A stretch of 63,394 nt of DNA, counting the filler, from Choristocarpus tenellus KU-1152 (lineage: Eukaryota > Protista > Phaeophyceae): NCBI GenBank assembly GCA_964200185.2. It is 12 parts of 12 records of this genome, joined end to end, with 100 filler letters (N's around TTAATTAATTAA, not from the genome) between each part and the next. Parts side by side here need not be neighbours in the genome. Positions count along the whole stretch, not along the records: positions 40,598 to 54,107 come from CAXNAD020001467.1; positions 54,208 to 57,456 come from CAXNAD020021272.1; positions 57,557 to 60,740 come from CAXNAD020021703.1; positions 60,841 to 63,394 come from CAXNAD020026822.1; 8 more parts are not named here. One strand, written 5' to 3'. The notes under the pieces are model-generated. The model was not told the DNA's origin and searched no databases. It worked only from the letters and a program-made list of their open reading frames with translations. Of this stretch, positions 50,700-63,283 are shown in pieces. Position numbers and translations under genes: made by a program. The number at the start of each line of letters is the position of its first letter. The stretch's first letter is position 1.

Positions 50700-53231
50700 T
50701 CAATGAAAAAAGTACCCTCCTAACTGCAAGCACCAATTGGATTGCTAGCAAAGCATTTTTCTATTGCAGGTAGACCCATTGCACAGTTTTGGATTGTAGA
50801 GGCCAGCGCACGTCCATGTTTGGTCAAAAAGGAGTCACAGGTGAGGACAGGTATTTCCAGAGCTCTAGTCCAGAGACTTGTTGGAGTGGATTGAGGTGCA
50901 GACGGCTTGATCCTTATGGAGAATCTCCACCGGTTTACTTAACAGGACCAAATTTATCCTTTGGTTCAGTTCCGACAGTGTGGATATGTAAATGCCTCCT
51001 TCTCGCATTTAGATTTCGCGAAGTGCGAGTGTACTCATCAATGCATCCATATCACTAGTTTACGCCTTGGGCTATGGAGCTTTCCTTAGATCCACAGTAG
51101 TGAGGGGATGCAGGCACTTCGAAGGGCCAGCAATATCGGCGACGAGTTCAAAAATGCACCACTCGACTTCTGGACTTCTTTCACCATTTGCACAGTACGA
51201 GCCTCCGAACAACACAAACGAAGGTTCGCATTTTTGCTGCAACTGCGACATACGCCACCTAAAACTATTTGTCATCTAACTAGACGATCATTTGCATACT
51301 CACCTTCGGATATTGTTCAGTAACGACACAAGGCACCTCTAGTTCCTTTGAGACATTCATCATGAATCTGGATACATGTACAGGTGAAATGCACATTGAC
51401 GTGACAGACAGAGCGAGGGGGGAACCAGACAAAAGATTCCTGGTTACGGTTCATTTGTCGTCAAGGTCGATACATTGGTCGAGAAAAAACGATCGGGGAA
51501 ACATCAGCACTGGGTTTCACATATTCGTCTGGGTTTTGGCTACCTACTAGGCAAGGTCGAGGGGAAGGCTTCAACCCCTCACTTTGCTGTGTGGATGACG
51601 GAGGGCATGTTCCATATTAGGTCTCTAAAACGCTCCTGGATGTCGCAAACAAAAAACACTGTTGATGGCGGTCGGAGCTTTCCGATCAAAGCTTCCATAA
51701 CTGTTGCAGAGTCGATGCTCCCACAACAGCACAAGGGGTAAGAGATCCAGGGTCCGAGGAGGGAGGAAATATAGTAATTAACTGAAGATAGTAAACTTTC
51801 TTCTTTGGAAACACATTGTTCAACAAAAACACAACAATCAACAACATTTGCGATTTCCTCATTTATACCTTATTTTTCGATTTGTGTAATAATCAAGAAC
51901 ATCTGAATCACACTCCATCCTAACCCAACCTACTTCCTTATTTTGTTCACGTTCTTTGACCACGGAGTGGCCACCCGCTTGAATATCGAGGGTTCGAATC
52001 TCTTCGACCCCATACCTCTTGTCACAGAAATCTAGTTCGATTATCCTTTTTGTAATGGCAAGCACAACGGGTTGTGCCCCTGCACTATCTTGTCCCTTGC
52101 TATTATACGAGAAAACGGTGTACTAAGATCAACGTGGAAACTTCGAGACGGGTCTGAGATTATAAAATCTCAGGAAGGAGATAGATCAACGACTGATGGA
52201 AATGCTAAACCTAACCCGAAAGAAGCAAACCAGGAACAGAGGCAGTGCAAGTAGTCGTAGTTAGTCGTAGATATATAGCATTGGAAGAAGTGCAGTGTTT
52301 TGTGACTCTGAAAACGGGTCGAGATAGTCCCCGGACTGATGTGGGAGACCCAAAGTATCTTGGGGGGGGGGGGGTCTACACTAGGTTGTCCATTTGGCCC
52401 ATAACCAGGAAAAGTGCACTTTCATTATCCATCCGACATATGGAATCAAATCACCGAAAAATCGCGACAAGAAAAAATTGTCCCCAGATGGACAGTCGCA
52501 ACCTCCCCCCAGATAATTCGAGCCGGGATGGATAATATATAACTCCCGCTATTTGTTTCCTTCTGGGGCTGCTACAGCACCATTGCTATTTACTGACTGA
52601 CATTCACATGCTCTTTCCCCCCTGCTGGAGCCCCCCTCTGTTACCCATGCACAGCATTGCACCCTGCAGTCTCCATTCTGACCATAAAAGGTCGGCAATA
52701 CTCCATTACAGTCCTTCCAAGTGACAGGATATTGATTGGATTGTCTCTGGACAGCATTGTTGCAATATCTTTGTGTGAGTACATGTAATTCTCTTGATAG
52801 ATGTAATCCTGCTGACAAAGCTTGAAGAAGCAATTGCAGTGTGGGGTGTAGGAATCGAGTACACTAGAAGAGGATGTTGCGAAGGATATCCAGTATTGAA
52901 AGAATGGCCATCTTAAGTGCAGACCTGTCACAGGCGAATAGCAGGAGTATTTCTTCTCGCGCTTTAACCAGCGCGAGCAGTATAAGCGTGTGGGGAACCC
53001 CAAAAGGGGGAACTCCGATATGCCTAAAAGTTGCAGAATAAACTGTAACTTGGGTAGTTGAAGAGGGTCACGGATGGATGGTCGGAAAGGGTTCTCAGAT
53101 ATATGACAGTATTTGTAAAACCCGAATAAACCCCAAACGGTAAATGATTAGAGTTCCTAAAAACAGTTCAAATCGACTCAGTTCTTCTGACCTATAAAGA
53201 CCCACATAGCTCACTCTCAAATCTGATACCA
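50700..53231 (-). mobile_element. Highly degenerate Ty1/copia element (PBS, gag-like region, integrase)
   Basis: TGGTATCAGA (tRNA-iMet PBS) at 53231-53222. Integrase-like GVCRSCSK, FELVADIAGP and CIDEYTR at 51260-51025. Boundaries approximate. Confidence 0.6.
52347..52524 (+). mobile_element. Full family B MITE (178 bp), TSD GGGA, nested in the copia relic
   Basis: ggga at 52343-52346 and 52525-52528. Confidence 0.9.
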
Positions 53232-53497
53232 AACTCTATATACATTTTCTTATACTGATTGATTCAATTGAGAGTACCCCTGTTCTGCTGAGCTGACGTT
53301 CGATAATCTGTGAATTGGACTTGACTTGTACATCCTGGAAAGGTGAACAGTGAGGGGCGCCAGTAACAGACCACAGTCAACCCCACCTTGGTACCTCCGG
53401 TTCCATCGATTGGTTGTGGATCCCATACCTCCCGTCGCTAACATTCTCATGTGTCAGAAGATTTGTTCAAGGGAAGTCCTTGTCCCCATGTACATAC

Positions 53498-53659
53498 ATA
53501 GAACTTGAACTGCACTATCAAGTTGTCCATTCCAAGAGGAAGGTTGGAAGAAATATTTTTCAATAGGAAATTGCTCACATATCCCACTTTCTGGTAGGTC
53601 TCATGACACTGGGGACAAAGGTAGCGAAAAATAACATCATTATTTTCTTCAAGCACAAC
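53498..53659 (-). CDS. Candidate phase 0-0 exon with a CxxC motif, gene unknown
   Basis: CAG acceptor, 54 open codons VVLEENNDVIFRYLCPQCHETY...VQFKFY, GTATGT donor. Confidence 0.4.
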
Positions 53660-53833
53660 CTGACTAATGCTTGAAACAGATGACTCGCTAGCAACCACGC
53701 TCCCTCTAACTCATTCTATTCCTCCTCAACAAATCCAGTCACTGTGAGCCAAGTCAATTGAGAGGTAGGTAGGTTTGGACCCTTTTGCATTCTAAGTAAT
53801 CTTTCATACCCTGTGCATCACACTGTATCTCAT

Positions 53834-54092
53834 GAGCCAAAGTATCTTAGAGGGCAGGGCCGCGTCCATTTGGGGACCAAAATCCAATGTTGCGATTTTG
53901 ATGTAATTTTGGCCATTGTGTTTGTTAGAAAGTGTCAATATCCTTGTTCCGGACACACCTTCTCATAACATATACATTTTACCTACTTCGAAACACTTTG
54001 GAGTAGAAAAATGTCATTAAAAACCCCATAGGATGCCAAGCCTCAAATGGACAAACAGGGCAAAACTCGTACCCTCTAAGATACTTTCACTC
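53834..54092 (+). mobile_element. Full family A MITE (259 bp), TSD TCAT
   Basis: tcat at 53830-53833 and 54093-54096. TIR gagccaaagtatcttagaggg / ccctctaagatactttcactc. Confidence 0.93.
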
Positions 54093-55089
54093 TCATTGCG
54101 TAGCGTGNNNNNNNNNNNNNNNNNNNNNNNNNNNNNNNNNNNNNNNNNNNNTTAATTAATTAANNNNNNNNNNNNNNNNNNNNNNNNNNNNNNNNNNNNN
54201 NNNNNNNCCCCCCCCCCCCCGCCTAGATTCTTTCGGCCATATTTTCTGCATCGCGTCAAAAAGTCTCAAAAATACAAAAAAAATAACTTGGACAAATCAA
54301 TGCTATCCAAGTTCAAGCTTACCACTTCATCTATCTATCTATCTATCTATCTATATGTATGTATGTATGATACATATGTATGTATATATGTACATAACTA
54401 TGGATGAATTGAAAAAACGGTCAAGGCCCGGGTAAATCCTCGAACTCTCTGACTCACTGACAACAGAAAAATAAATATATAAATATTATTAAAAATAAAA
54501 ACACTTTTCATGTGTGTGACCTGTAACGTGTATGAATGTGCATGCGAACATGTCCCTTTACTTTCTGCTAAGGAGAAAAAAAATATTAATATATATTTTT
54601 CTGATCTACCACAACTTTCTAGGAAAAAAATGATGAGAAAACAGATTCCCCTTAGCTAGATCAACACAAACAAAAGAACATATATATTTATATTTATATT
54701 TATAGTGGTGCAATAATAGAATAATATATATTTTTTCTATCTGCATCTCTCTCTCTCTCTCAATATATATATATGTATATATGTGTTCTTTCTGTGAATT
54801 GATCAATGTCCAATACACAGCTCCCTCTCCCTCTCTCTCTCTCTTTCTTTGTGAAACAGTCCACTTAACATTATTATTATGAATATTATTATTATTATGA
54901 TTATTATGATTATTATTATTACCATTACTATCTTCTATTGAAGCTACTCTCTGGTCTATCTCTCTTTCTCTCTCTATCTCTCTCTCTCCGAGACCCCCTA
55001 ATTTGGCAAATATCAATGCTCTCAACGCCCACCTAACACTACTATTATTATAATTATAATTACTATCATTATTTTTTCGTCTATTGAAG

Positions 55090-55257
55090 CTGCACAGAAA
55101 TTTTGGAAAGCTGCACACGGCACAGAACAACTTACACCAGGCGCTGTCGGAGCTGAGTAAGGACATCTACTGCTCCTCGCTGGAGGTGGGGCCGGAGCAT
55201 ATTGACACTTCTGTGGGGTACTTCATCATGGCAAACATATTCTACGCTCAAAGGAAG
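55090..55257 (+). CDS. ZMYND12: Zinc finger MYND domain-containing protein 12 (axonemal inner-dynein-associated), internal exon
   Basis: LHRNFGKLHTAQ...LSKDIYCSS...GPEHIDTSVGYFIMANIFY closely follows ZMYND12 LHRNLG..LANDIY..G.E...TSGGYFHLANIFY. AG/GTGAAC sites, 56 codons. Confidence 0.9.
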
Positions 55258-55484
55258 GTGAACGGAGGCTTTGCACAGGAGGGATGATTCTTTTCCTGTG
55301 GGGGTTGGGGGTTGGGGGTTGGAGGTTGGGGGTTGGGGGTTGGGGGTGGGTGGGTGGGTGGGGTGGAGGTAATACAGGTTTTGGATTGCGGCATAAGTGC
55401 ATAGTGGAGGTTAGGGTTAGGGTTATTTGGAGTATTGGAGGGTGGCGGAGGCTGATGTCATGATATGTGCTTGGATAGGTAGGA

Positions 55485-55603
55485 GGATTGGGGTTTGGGG
55501 TTTGGGGTTCTGGGGCTGGGGCTAAGGTTAAGATTAACTGGGTTAGGGTTGGGATTAGGGTTAGGGTTGGGATTAGTTTTAGGGTTGGGATTAGGGTTAG
55601 GGT
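55485..55603. repeat. Degenerate interstitial (TTAGGG)n tract. Others at 30832, 34851, 49832, 55408, 56471, 56787, 57297
   Basis: Direct hexamer repeats. Confidence 0.85.
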
Positions 55604-55867
55604 CGAGCGTATGCCGACCTTGTTGTCCGCCCTTGGGATGGCGTGTGCATTGTGTCAAGCCAACAGGTTTGTGCTCACCCTTCTGCAGCGTCCCGTTCTC
55701 ACCCCCTCAAAAAAAGAAAATACAATTCATTTTTTTTTCCTTTTCTTTTATAGAATAGTGTGTGTGTTTTAAAGAGTTACAATATTTTTTCAAAGATATT
55801 ATTTTTATTATTAATTTAAATTCGGCTGTAGCGACGACGGTCACAGTAGGTTCAACCAAAGCTTTCG

Positions 55868-55869
<2 letters not shown>

Positions 55870-55909
<40 letters not shown>

Positions 55910-56100
55910 GTAACAATAATAGTAATAATAATAATAGTAAAAAAAATAGTATTGTTAATAACAATAATAAACATAATAATAATAAAAATATATTATTATC
56001 ACTACTACTAATAAAAATAATAATAGTAATAATAATATTATTATTAATAATAATAATAACAATAACAATAAAATAGTAATAATAATAATATTAACAATAA
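55870..56100. repeat. (AAT)n microsatellite
   Basis: Trinucleotide tract. Confidence 0.95.
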
Positions 56101-58469
56101 CAAAAATGACTAGTGATAGCGCTCGTGTTAGCAACACAACAACAGATGTCAACAGACAGCGCCCCACCCCACTTCCCCCCTTCCCCCAGCCCCACAAAAA
56201 GAGAAGCGAATAAATAAAAAAATAAAAAAAGGATAAAATATGATCCACTTGAATGATAGAAGAGACCTCGGTGGCTGTTGCTGTACTGAAGATTTTTCCC
56301 AGCACAATAAAATAATATAATAATAATAATAATAATATATTGTGCATAAGAATTTGCACTCGGTCTAATATTTTTTTGTATATATTTGGAAGGCGTGTGT
56401 AAGGACGAAAGAAAGGAACACATTTGTGAACACATAGTAGGCACACGTGCGAGGTGTGTACCTTGCCCCCCCTAACCCTAACCCTAACCCTAACCCTAAG
56501 CCAGGTGTCACCCCAAAAAAAGGGGCGCTGAAATTTTTGTATATAAACTACAAAAAAAACTGTAAAAAAACTACAAAAAACGTGTACAGAGTAAATAAAA
56601 AACGCAAATAATGTCAATAAATAAAAAAAAACTATTTTTTTTAATCTAAAATTTTTAATCTTTGTGAAAGTGTTGACATCGGTTCGAGGGGAAGTTGTGG
56701 GGGGGTAATTCTTTATTTTTATTTTTATGTGTTTAAGAAAAAAAATTCACGAGAGAGGTGCACTGCACGGCTGCACATTGTGTCTAGTGTTAGGCTTAGG
56801 GTTAGGGTTCGAGCAGATTTTGGGGCTGGTCACGGAAGCTTATTCTCACATAAAACATGAGTATGTAAGGGTTAGGGTTAGATACATACGTGTATATATA
56901 TTGGTACTGATCTATGCAGCTGTTGTAGAGAGCTCGGCATGTTGAGCATGCAATATATATATATACATATAGATACACACACACATACATATACACATTT
57001 ATATGCACACACATACACACACACACACACACAAACACATACATATGTACACACAATGATGTTACAGGGCATCTAGCTCGATATCCGTTCCCCTCATCTC
57101 CATCAGAACAGGAGGATTGCACTTGGACAGGTCAGTACTCCAATTTCTCGATTATTGCTCCTATTTTGCACATACGCATAACTCTCACAAAACGCATACA
57201 TAACATACAGACATAACACACACTCTCCTGATTCATTGTTTTTTGTTTTTGTTTTTTATTTTTTATTTTTATTCCTGTTGTAGGTACCAACATACATAGG
57301 GTTAGGGTTAGGGTCAGGTTTGTCGAACACGTCTTTTTACTTTTGTTGTTATAACAGTGCACAACCCAACATGTTACAACAATCGTCAGAGATGCCCCCT
57401 TCACACTTCTTAGTTCTTACACACACACATTGGTGTGGAGTGATGGGGTTTGCTATNNNNNNNNNNNNNNNNNNNNNNNNNNNNNNNNNNNNNNNNNNNN
57501 TTAATTAATTAANNNNNNNNNNNNNNNNNNNNNNNNNNNNNNNNNNNNNNNNNNNNCCTTAAAAGGTGCCGAAACATTTCCAAAACAAGGTCATAAAAGG
57601 GGCCCTTCCAATTTTGAAAATCCTCTGTTATCTCTAGTAGTTTTCATCACCCTCCATCACACAGAACCAGACCCCATATGACAAACTTACTAAAATATTT
57701 TCATGACTTAGACACTCAAAAAAACGATAAATTTGTGTCTCTATGTAGACCAGGCCTGAGGGACACCTCAGGTGGAACATCTCAGATTGATTATGTCATC
57801 CAAACGAAAATGAAGGGATATATATCGGTAAAATTTTGTGTCACAACCATCAAGATCAGTTAGTAACCTTTCCGATTTACCGAGACCGAGAAATACATGT
57901 AATCCCACATCTCAGATTGTCTCAAGTAGGGTCCGTTGCGATTCTGAGTCCAAATACACGTCCAGTGCCACGTCTCTAGTCGAGAATCCTGTCAGCAACA
58001 GTTAGTAGAAGTCCTCGTCTTGATTCACAAATGATGGTTATGGATGAGCACTTGGTCCCACCTCTTGTATTCTTTGCATGGATTCTTTGTCTCTATCTCG
58101 GATCCTCATGATTAACAATGATCTCTTTGAGACCCTCTTGAGGTAATCTAATACTTCTTTAGGTCATAAAGAGTGACTCTTGTTGATTGGGTTATGTTAG
58201 GAATTGTGGCAACTCAACACGGGTCAGACTTGGGCTGGATCTATTTTGTTTGTTTTTTACTCTCCCTACACGCATCACGTTCATGCACCTACATGCACAG
58301 TCTCGAGGTTGTTGGTTGTCTTGGTTGCCTTCGCCACCCATCTCGGCTCATCTCACTCTCTTCTTCACCTTGATCTTACTCCTCCCCGTCTAACCACTGT
58401 TCTATCAACATGACCCGTTCCCTGTTGCCCCCACCGGATTTCAAAAATCCAAACTATTGATACATATAT

Positions 58470-58900
58470 CTGATTTAACGCAAGTTTCCATCCACAAAAC
58501 TAGAGATGATTGGCGTTAGTACGTCCGCTGGAAGAGAAAGGTTATGAAGTAATCTATCTGAGTTGGTGCGGATGAGAATTCAGGGTGACAGATACGTAGA
58601 CGAAGGTGAGTCTTGTAAAGAGAATAAGAAAAAGTAAGGAAGGTAGATGAAAAGTGAAAACTGGATACCTGGGAGGCAGGTAATTTAATCAAGAAGTTCA
58701 TGGGGAATGAGCAAACAGAAGAAGAAATCAGACAAGAAGAGCAACGAAGGACAAAAGGTGAGAGTCAAAGGTGGATGTAGGAGGACAAGAATGGACAGGA
58801 CCAAGGCATTCTCCAAGCAGAATTTCCAACCCGCCCACCTTCTTGATCGCTCACAATGAGTGGAATATTAGGGGGGGGAGGGAGTTTAAGCTTGGCCGAG
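58470..58900 (-). mobile_element. Possible LINE APE endonuclease relic
   Basis: ILLGE (GDxN-like position), TQIDYFIT and a downstream SD occur in the expected order. Frameshifted. Confidence 0.3.
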
Positions 58901-60051
58901 GTAGAGACCTCCTAGTTCAAGGGCACGGTATTGGATTGGATGATTGGGGGTGTTCTTGGATGAGTGTGGAGTGCTGTGGTGTGGTGTGTTGTGGGGTAGG
59001 GTAGAGTGTTATGGAGGAATGGGGAGTGTTGTAGAATGTGTGCATTGTTTTTGGGTAACAAGGATAGTGTTGGGGAGGGTGGTGTGTGGTGAGGAAGAAG
59101 TGGCGTGACGTTGGTTGAGGAGGAAATAAGTGGATGGAAGGCTATGACGAGGTCAACTGGTTTATCCAGAACTCGTTAGCAAAGCGAAAGGGGTAATAAA
59201 AAATACGACACGAACAAATACAAAAAAAAAATGGATGAAGTGAAGTGGAGTGGTTGAAGGGGGTTATTCTTTTTTGTTTTGGTNNNNNNNNNNGGGGTTT
59301 ACCCAGAACTCGTTAGAAAAGGGAAGGGGTAAAAAAAAAATACGACACGAACAAAACAAAAAAAAAATGGATGAAGTGAAGTGGAGGGGCTGAAGGTGCA
59401 TATCCATCCTTGTTGTGGCTTGTTCGGCTTGCAACTGGTTATGACTGACTACAATGAATTGTACTACCTAATGTAGTGCCTTGCTTCTTGCAGGTGGCTT
59501 CAGTACTACCACCACCCATCATCGCTCCATTTCCTTCGTCAAATCTTCTTCTCGATCTGTCCTGAAGTAGTCACTCCACCATAATCTTGGTAAGCGGTTT
59601 TTGTCGGATAGGGGCAGGCACGTAATTAATCAGTTGACCTGGCCACGTGGACTAAAATGATATGCCATGTTTATCATTGAAACTTGATTTCCGACGATAG
59701 GAGTTTGTGTTCTAGAGGGTTCTTGCGAACTCGGTAGAGATTACGTGTCCCCGCCATCTAAACCACTGAACCACGAACACGCTTTCCCTACACGCTTTAT
59801 AATGGTAGTATGTACTATATGAAAATAAAATATATCCCACACCCAAAATCGTTGGGGATTTCCCCTATTTGCAATTGCTGCCCTCCTATTTTTACTCTGT
59901 TTCTCTTCGAAATCGGCGGCACTGAGGAGTGATGGGTACTCAGAGTGATGGGTAGTGTAGGTAGTTAGTGGCTAGAATAGTACCCCACCTCCCTGATAAC
60001 ATTCCTTCACCAACAACAGTTGGAGCATGGAATTACAAAAAGGAAAAAATA

Positions 60052-60124
60052 AGCTAAATTTGAGATTCGAACTCACGACCTAATCATTACGAAGAAACCG
60101 CTCTAACCCCTGAGCTAATCCGAC
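60052..60124 (-). pseudogene. tRNA-Thr(CGT)-like pseudogene or tRNA-derived SINE head
   Basis: 73 nt: GTCGGAT TA GCTC AGGGGTTA GAGC G GTTTC TTCGTAA TGATT AGGTC GTGAG TTCGAAT CTCAA ATTTAGC T. A and B boxes and D-arm intact, anticodon and acceptor stems mispaired, followed by oligo-T. Confidence 0.75.
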
Positions 60125-60255
60125 TAGTTATGATTAGGAGGATCAATAACCTATATCGACGTTAAGCGTATCCTACAGAAAATACGTTGGAAATAATGGG
60201 AAGAATACTCCTAGTCCAGTCTTATCAATACAAGCCGATACATCGTGGTAGGATA

Positions 60256-60350
60256 ACTAGGAGCAATGTAAGACAAAACATGACACTGTATAGCACTAGG
60301 AGCAATGTAAGACAACACATGACACTGTATAGCACTAGGAGCACTAGGAA
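60256..60350. repeat. 39-bp tandem duplication with actaggag subrepeats
   Basis: actaggagcaatgtaagacaa(a/c)acatgacactgtatagc occurs twice. Confidence 0.85.
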
Positions 60351-60556
60351 AACTGGGAGCGTTACCATTGCTGTGAGCCCACACCATAGTACTAGGAGTG
60401 GTGGGAGGAATAGGGCAACTACGTAGCACTACATAGCACTAGGAGCCCTAGGAGTGCGAGGAGTGCTAGGAGTGCCACAATGTGAACATAGGAATATGCA
60501 CAGGTTGTGCTAGGAAACCGATATGAAGACTTTTTTCGAGTTGAAGAGACCTTACT

Positions 60557-60740
60557 GAGTGAAAGTATCTTAGAGGGTATGACTTTTTCCCTGTTTGTCC
60601 ATTTAGGACTTGTCTTTCCATGGTTATTTTTTATGACATTTACCTACTCCAAAATGTTTCGGAGTAAGTGAAATATATACATTATGAAAAGTTGTGTCCG
60701 GAACATGGATATTGACACTTCCTAACAAACACGATAGCCA
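60557..60740 (-). mobile_element. Family A MITE truncated by the contig end
   Basis: gagtgaaagtatcttagagggt..., matching 32956-33140. Confidence 0.88.
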
Positions 60741-60840
60741 NNNNNNNNNNNNNNNNNNNNNNNNNNNNNNNNNNNNNNNNNNNNTTAATTAATTAANNNN
60801 NNNNNNNNNNNNNNNNNNNNNNNNNNNNNNNNNNNNNNNN

Positions 60841-61620
60841 GGTGCGCTTTCGCGCTTCAGCTGCAGCAGCAGCTACACCATTGCTGGTGGATGAGTGGGT
60901 GAGGTGAGATGTTGCCTGTACCTCTGCGAAGGTGACACCCAGCAGAAGACCTTTGTCCCTGTAGGGAGCTGTTCCAGCGTCTGCTAGTGCCCCTGCATGG
61001 AACACCAGGTCCATGCAGAGATTCCTGTCCACTGTGAAAGGGCTACCATCCTCCGTAGTGCAAGGGATGCCCATCCCCTTGCATAGTTGGCTTAGACGTT
61101 TGACCATGGGGTGTGTTGTGGTACGTGTCCCTCTGCCCTGGGGCAAGTGCGGGCATGTCTGGTATCGACATTTTGCCTCCTGCACCCTGCCACTGTGCAC
61201 CTGTTTGATAGGGCCTCCTCTTTCCCTAGGGATCCGCTGACTGTAAACTTGAATTCCTGAGGTGGGATCTGGCATGCTGGTTCCGGAGGTTGTGTCGAGG
61301 CCCAGGCGTTTGCTCCTTGTCCACGCTGGCTCCGGTGGCGCGCTAGGGCCAATGAAGAGCTTTCCCTCCCTTGGTGTGCCTCATTTGGAAGGTCTCAGCT
61401 AGCTGTGTCCTGAAGGAGTCGAAACGGATCTTGTTGAGGAGGCGTGTGATCTCGTGCTGAGCCCTCCTTGTGATCCTGGCGTCATGAGCTGCCAGGATGT
61501 GGACCTCTGGGGCAGGTGCAGGTGGTGCTGTTCCCCCCCAGGTTACCCAGTCTTGGCCAATATTTTCAGCCAGGTCTTCTGAGGGGACACCTGTAGAAAG
61601 GAGAGTGTGTATGGACAATC
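60841..61620 (-). mobile_element. CRE-like non-LTR retrotransposon fragment (linker, zinc knuckle, RLE)
   Basis: ARHRSQRGQGANAW...P...EF.....LG, CTVAGC...DTRHARTC, MDLVF...LLLGVT and AEARKR. One or two frameshifts. Confidence 0.8.
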
Positions 61621-63096
61621 CTAAGGCCTGTATTGTAGGGCTTGTACATACAGTCTGTGAGAACTATTACCTAAAGCCCAATAAGTTTAGTCTTATATTT
61701 CTTTCAATCTGACTTGTTCGTATTTAATTGTATAGCGAGCATGTCAAGCTTTGTGTTACTTTCTTTCAAAAACGCTATTATTGCGTAAAGGGCAATAAGT
61801 TTTTGTCTTACTTTTTTTATGCATAGTTCTGCTTTAGTTCTAGGACTATATTTATTATTGAATTCCTCACCCTTGTCCGAGTGTAAGGTCAAAAATTGAA
61901 ATAACACGTTCGAATAACCCTTTTGCTACAGTCATTTCTCCCTTGTTGGGAATATCGCTGAATAGAGAACGACAAAAAGATACGCAATTTCCTGACCGTT
62001 GTTGGTTTTCACCAAACAAACGAGTTGCCACTCTCTCAATTGGGCGTGTTACTGGGTTATGCCGTAGACGGTTAGGCATGGTAAAGTGTAACAAAAAAGC
62101 TCAAGTTAATTTTGCTGTCATAATCCCCATGATCGAGATAAACCTTTTGTCTCTTCTACTTTTTTCTTTCTACTTTTCGTTCTTCTCCTTCTGTATTAAA
62201 TCACTTCTGTTATCGTAGAGTCAAAAAGGGAATATCTTTCCGAATATAGTTCATTGAACTCCAAAACGATTGTGATTCTATCTCAGAATTTCGGGGCTTG
62301 AGGGGGATAGTACATTGGATTCGATCTGATGACACAATAATTAATACCTTTGAGATTGACATCATGTCTTAAATAATGAATCGATTTTGACCAAATTGGG
62401 CTTTAGATGGTTGACGGATATCTCCAACTTGTTGCACTACCGACAGTATGCTCTCAAGAAGGTTAATATAATGGTTTCGCGTTGGAGAAGCTAGTACCGA
62501 TGTCATCAACATATATCAATAAGACATGTTCGGTCTGTCTTAATGTCGAAAACAATCTGACATGAAACATTGATATATATATATATCCATGGAGCCTTTG
62601 TGATACCAAAGAGTAGTAGGTGTTTGCATTCGTAGTTCCTATCCGGTGTGATAAACCAGTTTTTTGGTGTTGCGTGCGTTGGCGACTGGTAGCTGCCAGT
62701 AGGCTGAGTAATATAAAGACATACGGCAAGTATTTCCCTCACCCAATTGTACGAAATAGTTTTCCATTGATGGTAACGGTCAGGAATTAGGTATCATTTT
62801 TTTTTTTATGAGAGCCTTAAGTCTACGCCAAATTGGGGTTGTACATCTACGGTTTCTGTGACACCCAAGGACTTGAGGAGGGGTTGTAATACCCATTGAT
62901 TTCCCATGTATTGCACACTACTATTTATTATTTCTTGTACTTTCAGTGGGGCTTGACATGGTGGGCGATTCATAGGAACTATAACTCGTTGAAGTGTAAA
63001 TTCAACACTTGTTTTATTGCAAGAGTGTTCCCTACAGGTGGTGAAAGTACAGGCCAAACGTTAGCGAGAACACACCAAGCGACACATCTGCAAAAT

Positions 63097-63283
63097 GACC
63101 CAAAGTATCTGGGGGGGGAGGGGTTCTACACCAGGGTGTCCATTTGGATCAAAACCAGGAAAAGTGCCTTTACGTTATCCATCCGACGTATGCAACCAAA
63201 TCACCCAAAAATAGCCACATGTTTTTCAGGAAAAAATTGACCCCAAATGAACAGCCGCCACCCCCTCCCAGATACTTTGAGCC
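63097..63283 (+). mobile_element. Full family B MITE (187 bp), TSD imperfect
   Basis: gacccaaagtatctggggg...cccagatactttgagcc, flanks aaat/aata. Confidence 0.88.

Noticed and set aside
54606-57122. Several ORFs of 85-220 aa in the ZMYND12 contig
   Set aside because: Derived from (AAT)n, (CT)n, (CA)n and TTAGGG simple repeats.
59160-59400. ~115-bp duplication around the 10-N gap
   Set aside because: Typical unmerged contig overlap.
60052-60124. Functional tRNA gene
   Set aside because: Anticodon stem mostly unpaired and acceptor and T stems mismatched, so kept only as a pseudogene.
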